From positions 24,041,051 through 24,100,184 of the forward strand of contig NC_068994.1 in NCBI RefSeq assembly GCF_001194135.2: a stretch of 59,134 bases of DNA, given 5' to 3'. Source of the DNA: Octopus bimaculoides. Lineage: Eukaryota. The first letter of the stretch is position 1. Each line of letters opens with the position of its first letter. This document shows, piece after piece, positions 23,925-37,023 of the stretch. The notes under the pieces were generated by a model. It saw only the letters and a list, made by a program, of their open reading frames with translations. It searched no databases and was not told the DNA's origin. Both the position numbers and the translations under genes were made by a program.

Positions 23925-26900
23925 ATCAGAAAAAGATAACTGGTTTACGGAAAACTATCAGTCATGCAATGATGCTTATAGCATGCAAACAAGCAAATCA
24001 CTATATGTCCCACCAACAGAAAGTAAAGAAGGAGATAGAAATGATGTTTGGAGACAGCAAAAAGGGGACACTCACTTGCAAACTGATTATCCTCAAGCAN
24101 NNNNNNNNNAGAAATGATGTTTGGAGACAGCAAAAAGGGGACACTCACTTGCAAACTGATTATCCTCAAGCAGGAGCTAAAAGCTGTCAGTGAAAAACTC
24201 CGACATCAGAAGAGAATAACAGAGAAAAATAATAAACAAAAAATTTGACCGAAGCCAGGCAGCAGTAGTATACAGAGACATGATAAGAGGAGCAGTGAAA
24301 ATCACAGAAGCTCCTTCACGAGAAGATATAGACTCCTTCTGGAAGAAAATCTGGAATGAAGAGGAGTTTAACCAAGATGCTCTGTGGCTGGAAGAAATCC
24401 GAAAAAGTTATTGCTCCTGCATTACATCCAAGACTTACAACGTGAAACTCTTGCAACTGTGATCCAGAAACTCCAGAATGGAAAAGCACCTGGAAGAGAT
24501 TTGATTGTTGGATATTGGTAGAAGAAGCTAGCATTCTACCAACCATATCTTATCAATTTTACGAGCAAGCTCTCAATGGAAACAATAGCATACCACACTG
24601 GTTAGCTCTGGTAGAGACAAAATTGATCACCAAATACAGAACCACCCACATGACAAAAAACTACCGGCCAATTACATGCGAAAACTCAATGTATAAGATA
24701 CATACAGCATGGTTAAACCTCTTCCTCCAGGACCATTGTGAAACCAATAACATCATCACAGCAGAAAAAGCAGCTGAGAAGGAGGGAGTTTGGGGATGTG
24801 CGGAGCAATTGTTAATCAATAAAACTGTGGTGTCAGAGATGCAAGAGCATAGGAGGAACCTAGTTTCAATGTGGCTAGACTACAAGAAAGCCTTTGACTC
24901 TGTTCCCCACTCGTGGATGTTGGAAGCCCATCATCCTGCTAAAGTTCCAGTGAGAATTATCAAAGCAATGCCTGACCTGACTTCATCGTGGGTCACCATC
25001 TTGAAATTAAATACAAAGAGTGACTGCATTATCACTGATAGAACACAGTATCGCAAAGGAATATTCCAAGGGGACAGCCTCTTTGTGATGTTGTTTATAC
25101 TTTCTGTAAACCCGTTGTCATTTATGTTAAGGAAGTCTGTAGGATATGTCACTGGCTCACAAGGAAACAGAAATACCAAAATTACACACTGTTTCTTTGT
25201 GGATGACTTGAAACTGTATGCAAAGAATATGCACGAGATGAAAAAGAGCCTTGACCTAGTTACAACATTCTCAAAGGATGTAGGGTTGGAGTTTGGTCAG
25301 GATAAATGGTGTTATATGGTTGTGAAAAGGATGAGAACTACAAACTAGACTAGCAACATCTCCATCAATGATTTGACTGTTTCCCCTATATCTGATGAGA
25401 AATGTTACAGGTATCTAGGGGCGGATGAAAATATATCTTATAATGGCACCTGTAACAAAATACGTGTCACTAAAGAATATTACGGCCTTGTGGTTCACAA
25501 TGTGTTTGCAGTGCCATTACTCATACCAACATTTCGGTTTCTTAATGAGATTCGAGCCATTGATAGGAAACTCCGAAAAATAATAACTAGCACGCATAAT
25601 TTCCACATAGACAGTGACGTAGACCGCCTCAACCTAAAACGAAAACAAGGGAGCAGTTGCTTAACATCGATCCAAAATGCTTTTGAATGTCGTATCATAT
25701 CCCTTCGGTTTTTAACATCCAACGTCGAAGTGCATCCCTTGACCAAGTTTACATACATGAGGCTGATAACATTATAAGACTTAGAAGGCAGCTCCTTGAG
25801 CAACATTCTTTGTCTGATAACCTAGAATACATGCCCAAAGAAGTTGCACGACTCTACCGCAACGTATCATCTGATAAAAGGATGAGCCTATATGAGCAGA
25901 AGACTATGCATGGACATGTTAGTAAAAAAACTTCGAGATGATAGTAACATTGACCATCAAATCAGTCTATCATGGACCAATAGCCGGATTACTACCTCCC
26001 ACTTTGAAGGGTATGCATTTGCACTCCAGTAACAAGAAATATTAACCAAATACCTGATGCACAAAAGTGACAGAGATGCAGGAAAAGCAGTAAAATGTGA
26101 CAACGGATGGAGACTTCGCAGAGTTAAGAACGAAGATATCATTCTATAATGAAAGCTGTCTGAATGCTGACACGAGGACAAAGAAATAAGAACCCACAGT
26201 ATGGTAGAAGCCATAGCCACACATTATGAAAAGGAGTACTGGTAGAATGTATCAGTGAAGACATCAATAAAATGTAAGCACAACAGACCTGATATAATGA
26301 TTAGGGACAGAGAAGAAAAATTGTGTAGTGTTGTAGAAATCAGCTACCCAGCGAATGTTAACATAAAGGTGAAGACCAGTGAAAAAGAGAATATCTACGC
26401 TGAACTATTGAGAAATCTGCAGTTACTCTATCCAGATTACAAGCTCAGGTTTATACATGTAATTATTGGGACTTTAGGATATGTAACACACTGTCTAAAT
26501 ATCAATCCTGAGAAATTAGACTTCTCAAAACCAGAAAGGAGAAAGCTAATTCGAAGACTACAGATCCAATCCATCACTGGAATTGTATAAGTCTGTAAAA
26601 CTTTCCAGAAGTTTATCATTTAAATATATATGAGCATGTCTAGATAAGCAAATATACGCATGAGTATACATACATAAAACAAAACATACAAATCTTTACA
26701 TATACATACATACATACATACATACATACATACATACATACGTACGTAGTAGTACTTACATACATACATAGGTACGTACGTACATACATACATGCGTACA
26801 TACATACATACGTACGTACGTGCATACATGCATACATGCGTACATACATGCGTACATACATACATACGTACGTACATACATACATACATACATACATACA

Positions 26901-26936
26901 TACATACATACATACATACATACATGCATGCATACA

Positions 26937-26970
<34 letters not shown>

Positions 26971-27104
26971 CATACATACAAACAAAGAACAATACCCTGT
27001 TGTTGATGTTGAAATTCCAATGACGGAGACTTGGATCTAAGTTAGAAACCGACTCTTTCTCTGTTGGCAAGAAATCTTGAAATGAAACTGAATAATGACA
27101 TACA
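23925..27104 (+). mobile_element. R4/Dong-like retrotransposon, copy B (5'-truncated)
   Basis: ORF 24515-25348 carries RT motifs (KNYRPITC, WLDYKKAFDSVPHSW, KGIFQGDSL, HCFFVDDLKLYAK). ORF 26255-26590 carries the RLE (KHNRPDIMIRD...VEISYP). Stop at ~26621. The 3' UTR has an internal (CATA)n expansion and ends GAAATGAAACTGAATAA before ACATACAT. Confidence 0.92.
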
Positions 27105-27106
27105 TG

Positions 27107-28147
27107 CAGGGGTGGTCTGAAAAGTTCATATGCTGGCTATGAGGAATGATGCAAGAGCTGTGAAATCTTGCATGTATTAATTTCAACTCTACTTATTAAT
27201 AAATGCGTTGTTTCGTTTCAGGCAAACTGACATCTGAGTTTTTAAAGAAGACTTCAAAAGTAACCAGTAGTATTTTCTCTTGAAAATGGAAAAAAAAATG
27301 GCATCTTGACGTTATCAAGTACCTACAGAAAAGTTACATTCCTGCCGACATTGTTACTACATTAGGGAATGACGCTCCAGCTTTATCGACAGTGCAAAAG
27401 TGGGCAGCGGAATTTACGAGGGAAAGGATCTTTAAGGCGACCCAATGTCTGGACGTCCTGCAATTGCCATCACCGAGGAAAACATTGATCGTGCTCACTA
27501 CATAATAATGGAGAACAGACGATTGACTATAAATCAATAGCCAATGCTATTAGCATATCCCGTAAGAGAGTTGAAAATATTTTGCACAATGAATATGGCA
27601 TGACAAAGGTTTCTGCTCGGTGGGTGTCACCTCTTCTGACACCTGATCAAAAGCGCACCTGGCTGATCACATCATGGGAAAATCTGACATTGTTTGAGCA
27701 TTATCTAACTCACGATGAGTGTTGGATTCAACACTTTGAGCCAGTGACAAAAAGACAATTTCTGCAGTGGAAACACTCCTCACCTGCTCCAACGAAGGCC
27801 AAGATCGTTTAATCACAGGAAAAGTAATGGCTACAGCTTCTTAAGATGCAAAAGACATTGTGTTTATTGACTATCTTCAGAAGGGCCACACCATTCACTG
27901 GAGAAATCTATGCCAACTTAGTGAGGCAGTTACGAAAGTCTATCAAGACCACCCGCCCAGGAAATCTGACGAAAGGAGCCTTAATTCATCGGGACAAAGC
28001 ACCAGAGCACAAGCCCTTAGTTTCAATGGCTGCCGTTTATGACTGTGGCTTGGACCGCAAGGTGGACAATGTTGAAAAATAAACCTCATTTGGTCACATT
28101 CCATGAGAGTATCTTGGTCACTCAATTAACTTTTCAACCGACCCTTG
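27107..28147 (+). mobile_element. Mariner (Tc1/mariner) transposon, internally deleted
   Basis: TIRs CAGGGGTGGTCTGAAAAGTT and AACTTTTCAACCGACCCTTG. TA at the right end and TG at the left. Transposase remnants TLGNDAPALSTVQKWAAEF, KVSARWVSPLLTPDQKR, THDECWIQHFEP and FIDYLQKG/IHRDKAP; the third-Asp region is missing. Confidence 0.9.
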
Positions 28148-28149
28148 TA

Positions 28150-28562
28150 CATACATACATAAATGCATACATACAAAACAAAACATACAAATCTTCACAA
28201 AAACATACATACATGCATGCATACATACATATATACATACATACATACATACATACATACATACATACATACATACATACATGCATGCATACATACGTAC
28301 ATACATACATACATACATACATACATACAGCACATAAATACATATGCATGCATCTAGACATAAAAACGCATCCATAAAACAAACATACAAATCTGCGCAT
28401 ACACTAACACCAAATACTGCACACACACACACATATGCACAAATACCTAGATGATGTTGATAAAAGTTCCAATGAAGGAGCCTTGAATCTATGTTAGAGT
28501 CCGGCTCTTTCTCTATGGACAAGAAATACAGAAATGAAACTGATTGATAACATACATACATA
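28150..28562 (+). repeat. Orphan 3' UTR modules of the R4/Dong-like family embedded in (CATA)n
   Basis: 28329-28550 is near-identical to 30088-30323 (one short indel, one substitution noticed). 28150-28210 resembles 26665-26705. Confidence 0.85.
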
Positions 28563-30335
28563 CATACATACAAGGGTATCTAATTGGAACGCAGGCAAAC
28601 AGAAACACCAAAACTACGCACTGCTTCTTTGTCTATGATTTGAAATTGTATGCCAAGAACATGGATGATAGGAAAAAAAGCCTCGACCTGGTCACAACAT
28701 TTTCTGGTGATGTAGGACTAAAGTTTGGCCAAGATAAATGTTCCTATATGGTTGTGGAACGAGGAAAGGCTAAAAACCACCCTAACAACATCTCCATCAA
28801 TGGCCTATCTGTTTCTCCAATATCTGATGAGGAATGCTAGATACCTGGGAGTAGATGAAAACGTATCATACGAAGGTACATGTAACAAGGAACGTGTTAC
28901 TAAGGAATACAGAAATCGGGTTAGGAAAATATGGACCTCGGAACTCTCTGCGTTCAATAAAGCAATAGCCCACAATGTGTTTGCAGTACCAGTACTCGTA
29001 CCGACATTCGGGATACTTGACTGGACGATCGATGAAATCCGAGCCCTTGATGTGAAGACCCGGAAAATACTAACGAGCACGAACAACTTTCACATCAATA
29101 GCGATGTAGACCGCCTATACCTAAAACGAAATGCCGTGTCATATCTCTTCGACATCATCTCATAACCACCAAGTGTCGAAGTGCACTCCTTGATGAAGTC
29201 TGCAGACATGAGGTAAATACCATCATGAGATTGGGANNNNNNNNNNNNNNNNNNNNNNNNNNNNNNNNNNNNNNNNNNNNNNNNNNNNNNNNNNNNNNNN
29301 NNNNNNNNNNNNNNNNNNNNNNNNNNNNNNNNNNNNNNNNNNNNNNNNNNNNNNNNNNNNNNNNNNNNNNNNNNNNNNNNNNNNNNNNNNNNNNNNNNNN
29401 NNNNNNNNNNNNNNNNNNNNNNNNNNNNNNNNNNNNNNNNNNNNNNNNNNNNNNNNNNNNNNNNNNNNNNNNNNNNNNNNNNNNNNNNNNNNNNNNNNNN
29501 NNNNNNNNNNNNNNNNNNNNNNNNNNNNNNNNNNNNNNNNNNNNNNNNNNNNNNNNNNNNNNNNNNNNNNNNNNNNNNNNNNNNNNNNNNNNNNNNNNNN
29601 NNNNNNNNNNNNNNNNNNNNNNNNNNNNNNNNNNNNNNNNNNNNNNNNNNNNNNNNNNNNNNNNNNNNNNNNNNNNNNNNNNNNNNNNNNNNNNNNNNNN
29701 NNNNNNNNNNNNNNNNNNNNNNNNNNNNNNNNNNNNNNNNNNNNNNNNNNNNNNNNNNNNNNNNNNNNNNNNNNNNNNNNNNNNNNNNNNNNNNNNNNNN
29801 NNNNNNNNNNNNNNNNNNNNNNNNNNNNNNNNNNNNNNNNNNNNNNNNNNNNNNNNNNNNNNNNNNNNNNNNNNNNNNNNNNNNNNNNNNNNNNNNNNNN
29901 NNNNNNNNNNNNNNNNNNNNNNNNNNNNNNNNNNNNNNNNNNNNNATTGGGATATGTAACGAACTGCCTCAACAAAAACCTGGAAAAATTAGGGTTCTCA
30001 AAACCTGAAAGAAAAAGGCTGATTAGAAAACTACAGATTCAGGCCATCAATGGAACTGTAAAGATATGTAAAACTTTCCAAAAGTTTAGCACATAAATAC
30101 ATATGCATGCATCTAGACATGAAAATATATGCATAAAAACGCATCCATAAAACAAACATACAAATCTGCGCATACACTAACACCAAATACTGCACACACA
30201 CACACATATGCACAAATACCTAGATGATGTTGATAAAAGTTCCAATGACGGAGCCTTGAATCTATGTTAGAGTCCGGCTCTTTCTCTATGGACAAGAAAT
30301 ACAGAAATGAAACTGATTGATAACATACATACATA
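28563..30335 (+). mobile_element. R4/Dong-like retrotransposon, copy C (5'-truncated, spans a gap)
   Basis: Starts immediately after (CATA)n with QGYLIGTQANRNTKTTHCFFVYDLKLYAK, continues YLGVDENV...NNFHINSDVDRLYLKR, then after the gap LGYVTNCL...GTVKICKTFQKFST* and a 3' UTR ending in CATACATACATA. Confidence 0.88.
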
Positions 30336-31850
30336 TTGCTATAATTGAGTTCCTATATTCTGCCTTAAGTACGTTTTATGAAAGCGTCATTTATAGTATG
30401 ATAAATATAATGATGCAACAACTACATTGATAATACAAACAACACTCGAACACTTATATGACATAAGGAAAAATTAGAAATGCGGACACTGAACATGTTA
30501 GCCAGAACCACAAAACAAATTAATATAGCTATGTGGTTTAGAAGTTTGCTTCACAACTACTTCGCCCACGAGTAGGTAGGTCTTCTACTCCTCCCTAAGG
30601 TTCATCAATGCTTTATGAATGGAATTTGGTTCATGGAAACTGTATGCAAACACGCAGTGTGTGTGTATATGTGTGTGCGCGCGCTTGTGCATATATGCAT
30701 GGATACATACGCATATTGTTTTCGAATTTGGCGTATTAAAGTATGCTAATTATGGAAATGAAATACATTTTTGCCATAAATTAATAAATAAAAAGTTAAT
30801 ACCTTTATAGTTTGAAAATTTTGTGTAAATTAAGCCAATTGAAAGCCATAGGCATATTGGTGTCTGTTTCTATTGTAACAAATCAAGGCATAGTCTGCTT
30901 AAACTACTACAACCACATGTGCTGTCTTTACCTGTCTATTTTCTTTTTACCTATATTCTGAACGTTTATACTACCTCATTTTCGTCATTTTCACCCGTGT
31001 CTTTTGAGAGACGACCGAATATTTTCGGTTACTGCCCTGTCACCACCTCATTTTCATAATTTGAACTGTGTACTTTCTTTTGTATTGAAGAACTGGGTTG
31101 AGCCATTGCACAGTTGTTGATTACAGCAGCTATGTTCGTGAAATGTTTGCGGAGTTGCTCTACAACTCAGTTCAGATAGGAGGTCCCGTATATTAATACA
31201 TTACAAGGCAATGATGTTTTATTTATTATATTTACATTCTTTGCTTCAAATCAGTATGTTATTATTTTTTTCCTTAAAGAGAAATTATTATATACAATGA
31301 ATTCTCTGGATTCTCTCCCTTCCTCCACCTCTTGTTCAGCTTATAGCTTACAGCTTTTGTTTATTAATTTTACTGTGATCCATTTTGCCGTCCCCTATTT
31401 TAATCATTTAATTTAAACCTTTAGTATAGCGTTTACAGTCTCCCTCCAGTAAATCAGCGTTCTTGTTTATAACGGTCACTTACTTGGCCATATAATATAA
31501 CTCGTACGTAACCTTATCATTTCGCATTTGTCTTGCTTCTATATGTTGGTTCCTTGACGATGAATATATGCACAATTCCAGCACCTCTTACTTCTTTGGA
31601 GTAGAGTGCACATATATTTTTAAACATATGTAGGAATTAAAGGAACTTTTGTTTATATGCGTTTTGCTCCATTTATTATTATTATTCATATCTACTCAAA
31701 ATGCATCACTTTAACTTGGTATCTCTACCTATAAAACGGGTGTGATATCCGGGGATTTTTGTGTGATTTTTGCTACCCATGGTAACTATTAGCATATTTA
31801 CATCGTCAAGGTTTTTTAAACCGAGATAATATTAATATATACATAAATTG

Positions 31851-31917
<67 letters not shown>

Positions 31918-32175
31918 CAACTGCACAGATGTATATTTATATAGATTTATATATATATGTGCATGTATATATATAGATGTATATATATATAGATGTATAT
32001 GTATACATCTATATGTATAGCTGTATATGTATAGATGTACATATACATATACATGTATATGTATGTATATGTGTAGATGTATATATATAGATGTACATGT
32101 AATATGTACACATATATATACACATATACATCCATACGTATATACACCCATACACACACATACACACACATATAC

Positions 32176-32520
32176 GTAGGTGCAGGTGTGACTGTGTGGT
32201 AAGAAACAGCTTGGTTCCAAAACACATGGTCTTAGGTTCAGTACCACTGTGTTGTGACTTGGCATGTGTCTTCTGCTATAGCCTCAGACCAACCAAAGCG
32301 TTATGAGTAGATTTTGTAGACAGAAACTGAAGGAAATCAATCGTATATATATATATGTATGTATATATATATATAAGTGTATGTATATGGCTTTGTCTCT
32401 GTGTTTCTCCCTCATCACTGCTTCACAACTTCTATTCGTTTATTTACATCTTTACATCCCCATAACTTACTGGTTTGACAAGAAGAAACTGATAGAATGA
32501 GTACCAGACTTATCAAAATA
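32176..32520 (+). mobile_element. tRNA-derived SINE, near full length
   Basis: GTAGGTGCAGGTGTGACTGTGTGGTAAGAA...GGTTCAGTACCACTG...GTAGACAGAAACTGAAGG, then a (TA)n tract and the core CATCCCCATAACTTA...GATAGAATGAGTACCAG. Confidence 0.8.
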
Positions 32521-32593
32521 TAAAAAAGCACTAGGCAGTGTCTCATACTTTTGTTTGCTCACTCAGTTGTATCTATCAATCTATCTCTGTGTG

Positions 32594-32633
<40 letters not shown>

Positions 32634-32678
32634 TAATACACACACACACATACATGTATGTATATGTGCATATTCATA

Positions 32679-33230
32679 TCTATTATATAAAAGTCAATGT
32701 CATTATGTGTGTTCGTGTGTTACTTATACATTCGAAAACTACTGCACAGATCCTAATGAAATTTCGAACACAAAATCCAAGCCTGGGGAGAAGGGTAATG
32801 CTGTGTGCTTCATACAATTTCATGGACTAATATTACTGAATGGATCCTTATGATATTTGGAATTTAGATTCAATGCATAAGGGCGGGTATAATGCAGTAT
32901 GTTTGGTTTGAATTTGAGGTGGCTTAAAGGAGCAGAACACTCATGAAAATTCATAAATCTTCAATGTTAATGAAATTTCAACTATGGTAATTGACACACA
33001 TCAAGACGTATTCTCAAATTTTCCACTTCTCATGAGAATTCTAACACTCCCTAATGGGGGCCTTAACTCTCAAATTTTAGTCGTTTTTTATTATCCAGAA
33101 CTAGGTCAAAAGTACTGAATGGATCTTTATGAAATTTGGAAATTATATTCTATGCATAAAGATAAAAGAGGGTGGTTTAGTATATACATATAGGTGAATG
33201 TACGGATTGGTGCGCTTACGCGAACCTATA
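32679..33230 (+). mobile_element. Non-autonomous Helitron-like (HINE/DINE-type) element
   Basis: Starts TCTATTATATAAAAGT..TGTGTGTT..AAAACTACTG..GATCCTAATGAAATTT. Internal repeat TACTGAATGGATCYTTATGAWATTTGGAA (~32834 and ~33114). GCGC..CGCG hairpin near the 3' end. Confidence 0.5.
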
Positions 33231-33349
33231 GACTTCTCTACTCACTTACCTTTACCCCCTCCCGTTATTTAGCGGTCTATTAGGTCTTTTGTCTTAATGA
33301 CGGTCAACCACACAGTAATTTCCCTTTGTTTAATGGTCATTTTTCACAG

Positions 33350-33441
33350 GAATTTTCAATGGCCGGATAACTGAAGAGATGTTGGCGTGGGCTCCCACCC
33401 CGGCATCCGAAACTCGGAGTCTTATCATGGCTACCGAATAA
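33350..33441 (+). CDS. Candidate isolated terminal coding exon of an unknown gene
   Basis: A pyrimidine-rich acceptor TTTTCACAG (33341-33349) is followed by a GC-richer, non-repetitive open frame (G)[30 protein letters not shown] recognise no homolog. Confidence 0.25.
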
Positions 33442-33458
33442 GTATCACATATTTTTAC

Positions 33459-33561
<103 letters not shown>

Positions 33562-33597
33562 AACACACATACATACATATGTATGGGTATATATACA

Positions 33598-33895
33598 TAC
33601 GCGCAGGCATGGCTGTGTAATAAAGAAGCAGTAAGTGTCTTCTATTAAAGCACCAAACTGACCAATGCCTTGTGAGTGAATTTGGTAGACGGAAAGTGTG
33701 TAGAAATACGTGTGTGTCTTTATGTGTGTGTGAATATGTATATGTATGTCGTTGTGTTTGTTTTTCCCCCAACCTCACCCCAACCACTAAGTGGTTGAAA
33801 TAAGTACTGGGGTCGATTTGTTTGACTAAACCTTTGAAGACGGTAATCCAGTAGGATCGCAGCGAAATGACTGGAACAAGTAAAAAGAAAAAAAT
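33598..33895 (+). mobile_element. tRNA-derived SINE, internally deleted
   Basis: GCGCAGGCATGGCTGTG head, GCCTTGTGAGTGAATTTGGTAGACGGAAA, and a GGGGTCGATTTGTTTGACTAAA...AAATGACTGGAACAAGTAAAAAG tail. Confidence 0.8.
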
Positions 33896-34299
33896 GAAGA
33901 AATTTATGTGTGTATGTGTGCGCGCGCGCGAATGTGCGTATATATNNNNNNNNNNGAATAACATGAACATCAATAGTCCAACCTAATTATATAACCTACC
34001 TTCAAAACTTTAACAAATTATATAAACACGACATTTGAAGGATATTTCGATGCAAACACCACATCCTACTATAAAAGCAATACATGAATTGACAGCTTAT
34101 CGCATTTTGCAAAACTCCAGCTCCAGCATAGTTACATGCCTCACCAAGAAAATAATAGCTCCTCTCCAAACATGACAATACTTTCACTTTCTCTTCAACT
34201 TACCTAACCTCCACAACAAAACATCTTCTAGCTCTTTCCCTACTACCAGTCCATCACCATAACATTCATATGTCAATAAATGAAAGTAAAACATTTTCA

Positions 34300-34850
34300 C
34301 AAATTAAAAAATTAAATCATCCGTTGAAACATTTCCACCAGCAAAGAGAATTGATATTTAGAGAATCAGCATTTAATAAAAAAAATCTCACCAAGTAATA
34401 TAAAATGCATTCGAAATAGCCAGGATGAAAAAACTAAGACAATACAATCTTTTTTTTTTTTTAAGTAAGTAAATAGACCAAAGTAAAGCAAATCCGAGAA
34501 ATCCAACAAGCGAACACAATAAGCAATAAGCAACATTAACATCGCTGATAACATTCACAACAGACCCAACAGACATCTTTCGGAAGAAATATAATCATAT
34601 TCCAACAGTAAGTAAATTTATTAATGAAATACTTTTCTAAACCACTCACGGGCACAATCAAAACAAAACATGGACATAACTTCGCGCTCGTTTTACTCTA
34701 AGACACCAGGAAATCAATAGATAAATGCCAAAATCTTTAAAGTTTAAAAAATGACAAGCATATATCTAAAATACCAAGGAATTACTGCACTTATGTCTAC
34801 CTTTAAGTACTTATATAGAAACTACCAAATTTCCAGAATCTTTAAACGGC
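34300..34850 (+). mobile_element. Highly decayed LINE reverse-transcriptase remnant
   Basis: Broken-frame resemblance to RT domains 0-2 (IKKLN..., K..NPRNPTS.....ISNI, QQTSFGRN). Many stops. Confidence 0.3.
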
Positions 34851-35169
34851 AAAGTGATCACAACAAAAATCCACTCGAAAAAGCAGACACTCTAAATATT
34901 GATCAGACGAAGCAGATAGTAAAAGAAAAAAAACCCTCTGGCGATGAGACAGGCAATGCATAATATTAACCAACTAAGAGATACTATACTGAACCTTTAC
35001 AAAATATGCTTATAAAAATATTCATAGCAAAACATGCAGTTATAAATAGATTTCGAATGTAAGGAGCTCTTAAAAAAAATCTACATATGTTGGACGTAAC
35101 ACGCTGAAACAAGATGCATTTCAGAAGTTTTCAGACTTTTTCAGAAAAGACATTTATTAATTTCAAAGT

Positions 35170-35800
35170 ACATAGCTCTAATCTTCTCCAAAGCAGGATA
35201 CTTTCATTTAAAGTCAATGCACTTGTAGCTTCCTAGCCACTACGTGAAGACTTCGCCGAGTTCCTCTAAAGTGACGGTGTCCAGAACCCTTGTCACTGCT
35301 ACCTTCATCTTCATAACGACTATCTCTAAGATTCTCTTTCAGCTTGAGGAACAACCAAGTCACAGGAAGAGACCTGGACTGTAGAGAGGGTCAAGAACAG
35401 TTCTGATGCCCATCTCTGTCAAGATCTGAGCATACTGACAAGCAAACTTAGAACAAAGTTTGCGCATGTTCAGATCTTCAGGAATAATTGTGTACAATTA
35501 CCACATCAAACCCAAACTGTACGCTTATTATCTTTATATACACACAGCAGTCTTCATCCAGCTAAAATAATTATGATTTCGACCAGGTGGAACATCGTGG
35601 AGAAATATCTAAGCTATTTTAAATGAATCAATGAGATGCAAGTCATATGTAGTTGAAAGATCGCTCATTCTTTTTAACTTCACGAATTTTATCACACTAC
35701 TTGATTTCAGATCCGAAATTTTTAGCAAATGCAAGCACGCGTACAAATATATTTTGTCAAAATGGAGGACACCACCTTCTACAGATTGAGCAGCTCTTTC
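35170..35800 (-). mobile_element. Mariner transposase remnant
   Basis: The minus strand gives SSVIKFVKLKRMS (N-terminal-like), a decayed SPDLAPCD-type region near 35340-35400, and VAVTRVLDTVTLEE...WL.SYKCID (C-terminus). Confidence 0.55.
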
Positions 35801-36326
35801 CCAGATTTTTGGCTTCCTCCCAGCTGAAATATTCCAAACCAGATTAATCATGATTTCGACGCACACAGGGGACGCAATTCTTGCTTGTCTTTCTTTTCTT
35901 TCTTTTTCCCTTTTTATTCACATTTTGCTTTCACTTTTTACATCCACCTTCACGTTTTACTCGTATTTTCTTATAGACCAGCATTGTTTTTTTTTTCAGA
36001 TAAGACGAAGCATGTGTATTTAAGCCTTAAAGTTAGCATGCAGACATACAACACGATGTATAAAACTGTCGAATTATTGCGTTCTCATGGCATGAAATTA
36101 TAAGTAGCTCGTATTGTGTATATTAAATGATATTTACCCCTCACATATATTTCTGAATTTAAATATTATGTCTCTCTCTCTCTCCCTCCCTCTCTCTCTC
36201 CCTATCTCTCTCTCTCTCGTTCTCTTTCATTGTTCTCTTTTTCTCTCTCTTTCTCTATTTCTCTCTCACTCTATCTATTTATCTGTCTGTCTATCTATTT
36301 AGCTCTGTATCTATCTATCTATACAC

Positions 36327-36379
<53 letters not shown>

Positions 36380-36399
36380 TCCTTTAAAGGGATTCTGTT

Positions 36400-36720
36400 T
36401 AAGGAGAAATATTGTATATAAAGTTGAGGTTTGAACCCTTTGTGAATCAAAGAAGATATACATAGGAAGTACGACTGGCTTTAAGACTAGATATAGAGGG
36501 CACACAAATTCATTTATTAATCAAGAAACAAAAGACTCAACCGCACTAGCTACCCACGTTAATAAATCAAAAATGCGTAATAAAGAATTCAGTCTGGATT
36601 TGTCTATTATAACGAAAACTACACCATACAATACAAACACCAGAAATTATAAATTATGTGCAAAAAAAAAAAAAAATCAATACATTTCGTGCTGACAAAA
36701 AGAAAATCTACTTGATACGA
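36400..36720 (+). mobile_element. Penelope-like GIY-YIG endonuclease remnant
   Basis: RNIVYKVEV..ESKKIYIGSTTGFKTRYRGHTNSFINQETKDSTALATHVNK...PYNTNTRNYKLC, containing the IVY/YIG motifs and the PLE C-terminal pattern. Confidence 0.75.
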
Positions 36721-37023
36721 TTTCGGATGTCATTATTCTTTATAGACATAAATATTTATCAACTTTTGAATTTTTTTTTCCGAAAATAATTAGTTTATAT
36801 GATTTAACCTATTTACCTTTGTGAATTTGGATTCATCTTAAAACACTATTATCTATAGCTTCATAATCTATTTAAACATATATCGTCCGCCTGAACATTC
36901 GCAATTTGTCACCCGTTTGCTATTGTTGGATCATTTTGGTTAAGTACGACTTACTTTTATTGTTGATTTTATCGTTGAACTTTTTGTTGTTATCATGTCT
37001 TTGTCATACTTTGTTTTACTGCC

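Noticed and set aside
23727-23930. CATA arrays separated by a unique block, superficially like a CRISPR repeat-spacer pattern
   Set aside because: The context is eukaryotic, the repeats are simple tetranucleotides of variable length, and there are no cas genes.
24037-24172. Exact ~62-bp direct repeat on either side of a 10-N gap
   Set aside because: This is the typical unmerged contig overlap; removing one copy restores the retrotransposon reading frame (...LIILKQELKAVSEK...).
28558-28570. TACAAGGGT resembling the start of the mariner TIR
   Set aside because: The match is only about 9 bp and reads in frame as QGYLIG of the retrotransposon RT, so it is coincidental.
31095-31190. Minus-strand peptide SCCNQQLCNG resembling the Ly6/three-finger CCxxxxCN motif
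   Set aside because: No upstream cysteines, signal peptide or splice sites, and an alternative frame (MAQPSS...) looks like a decayed transposon start. Likely chance.
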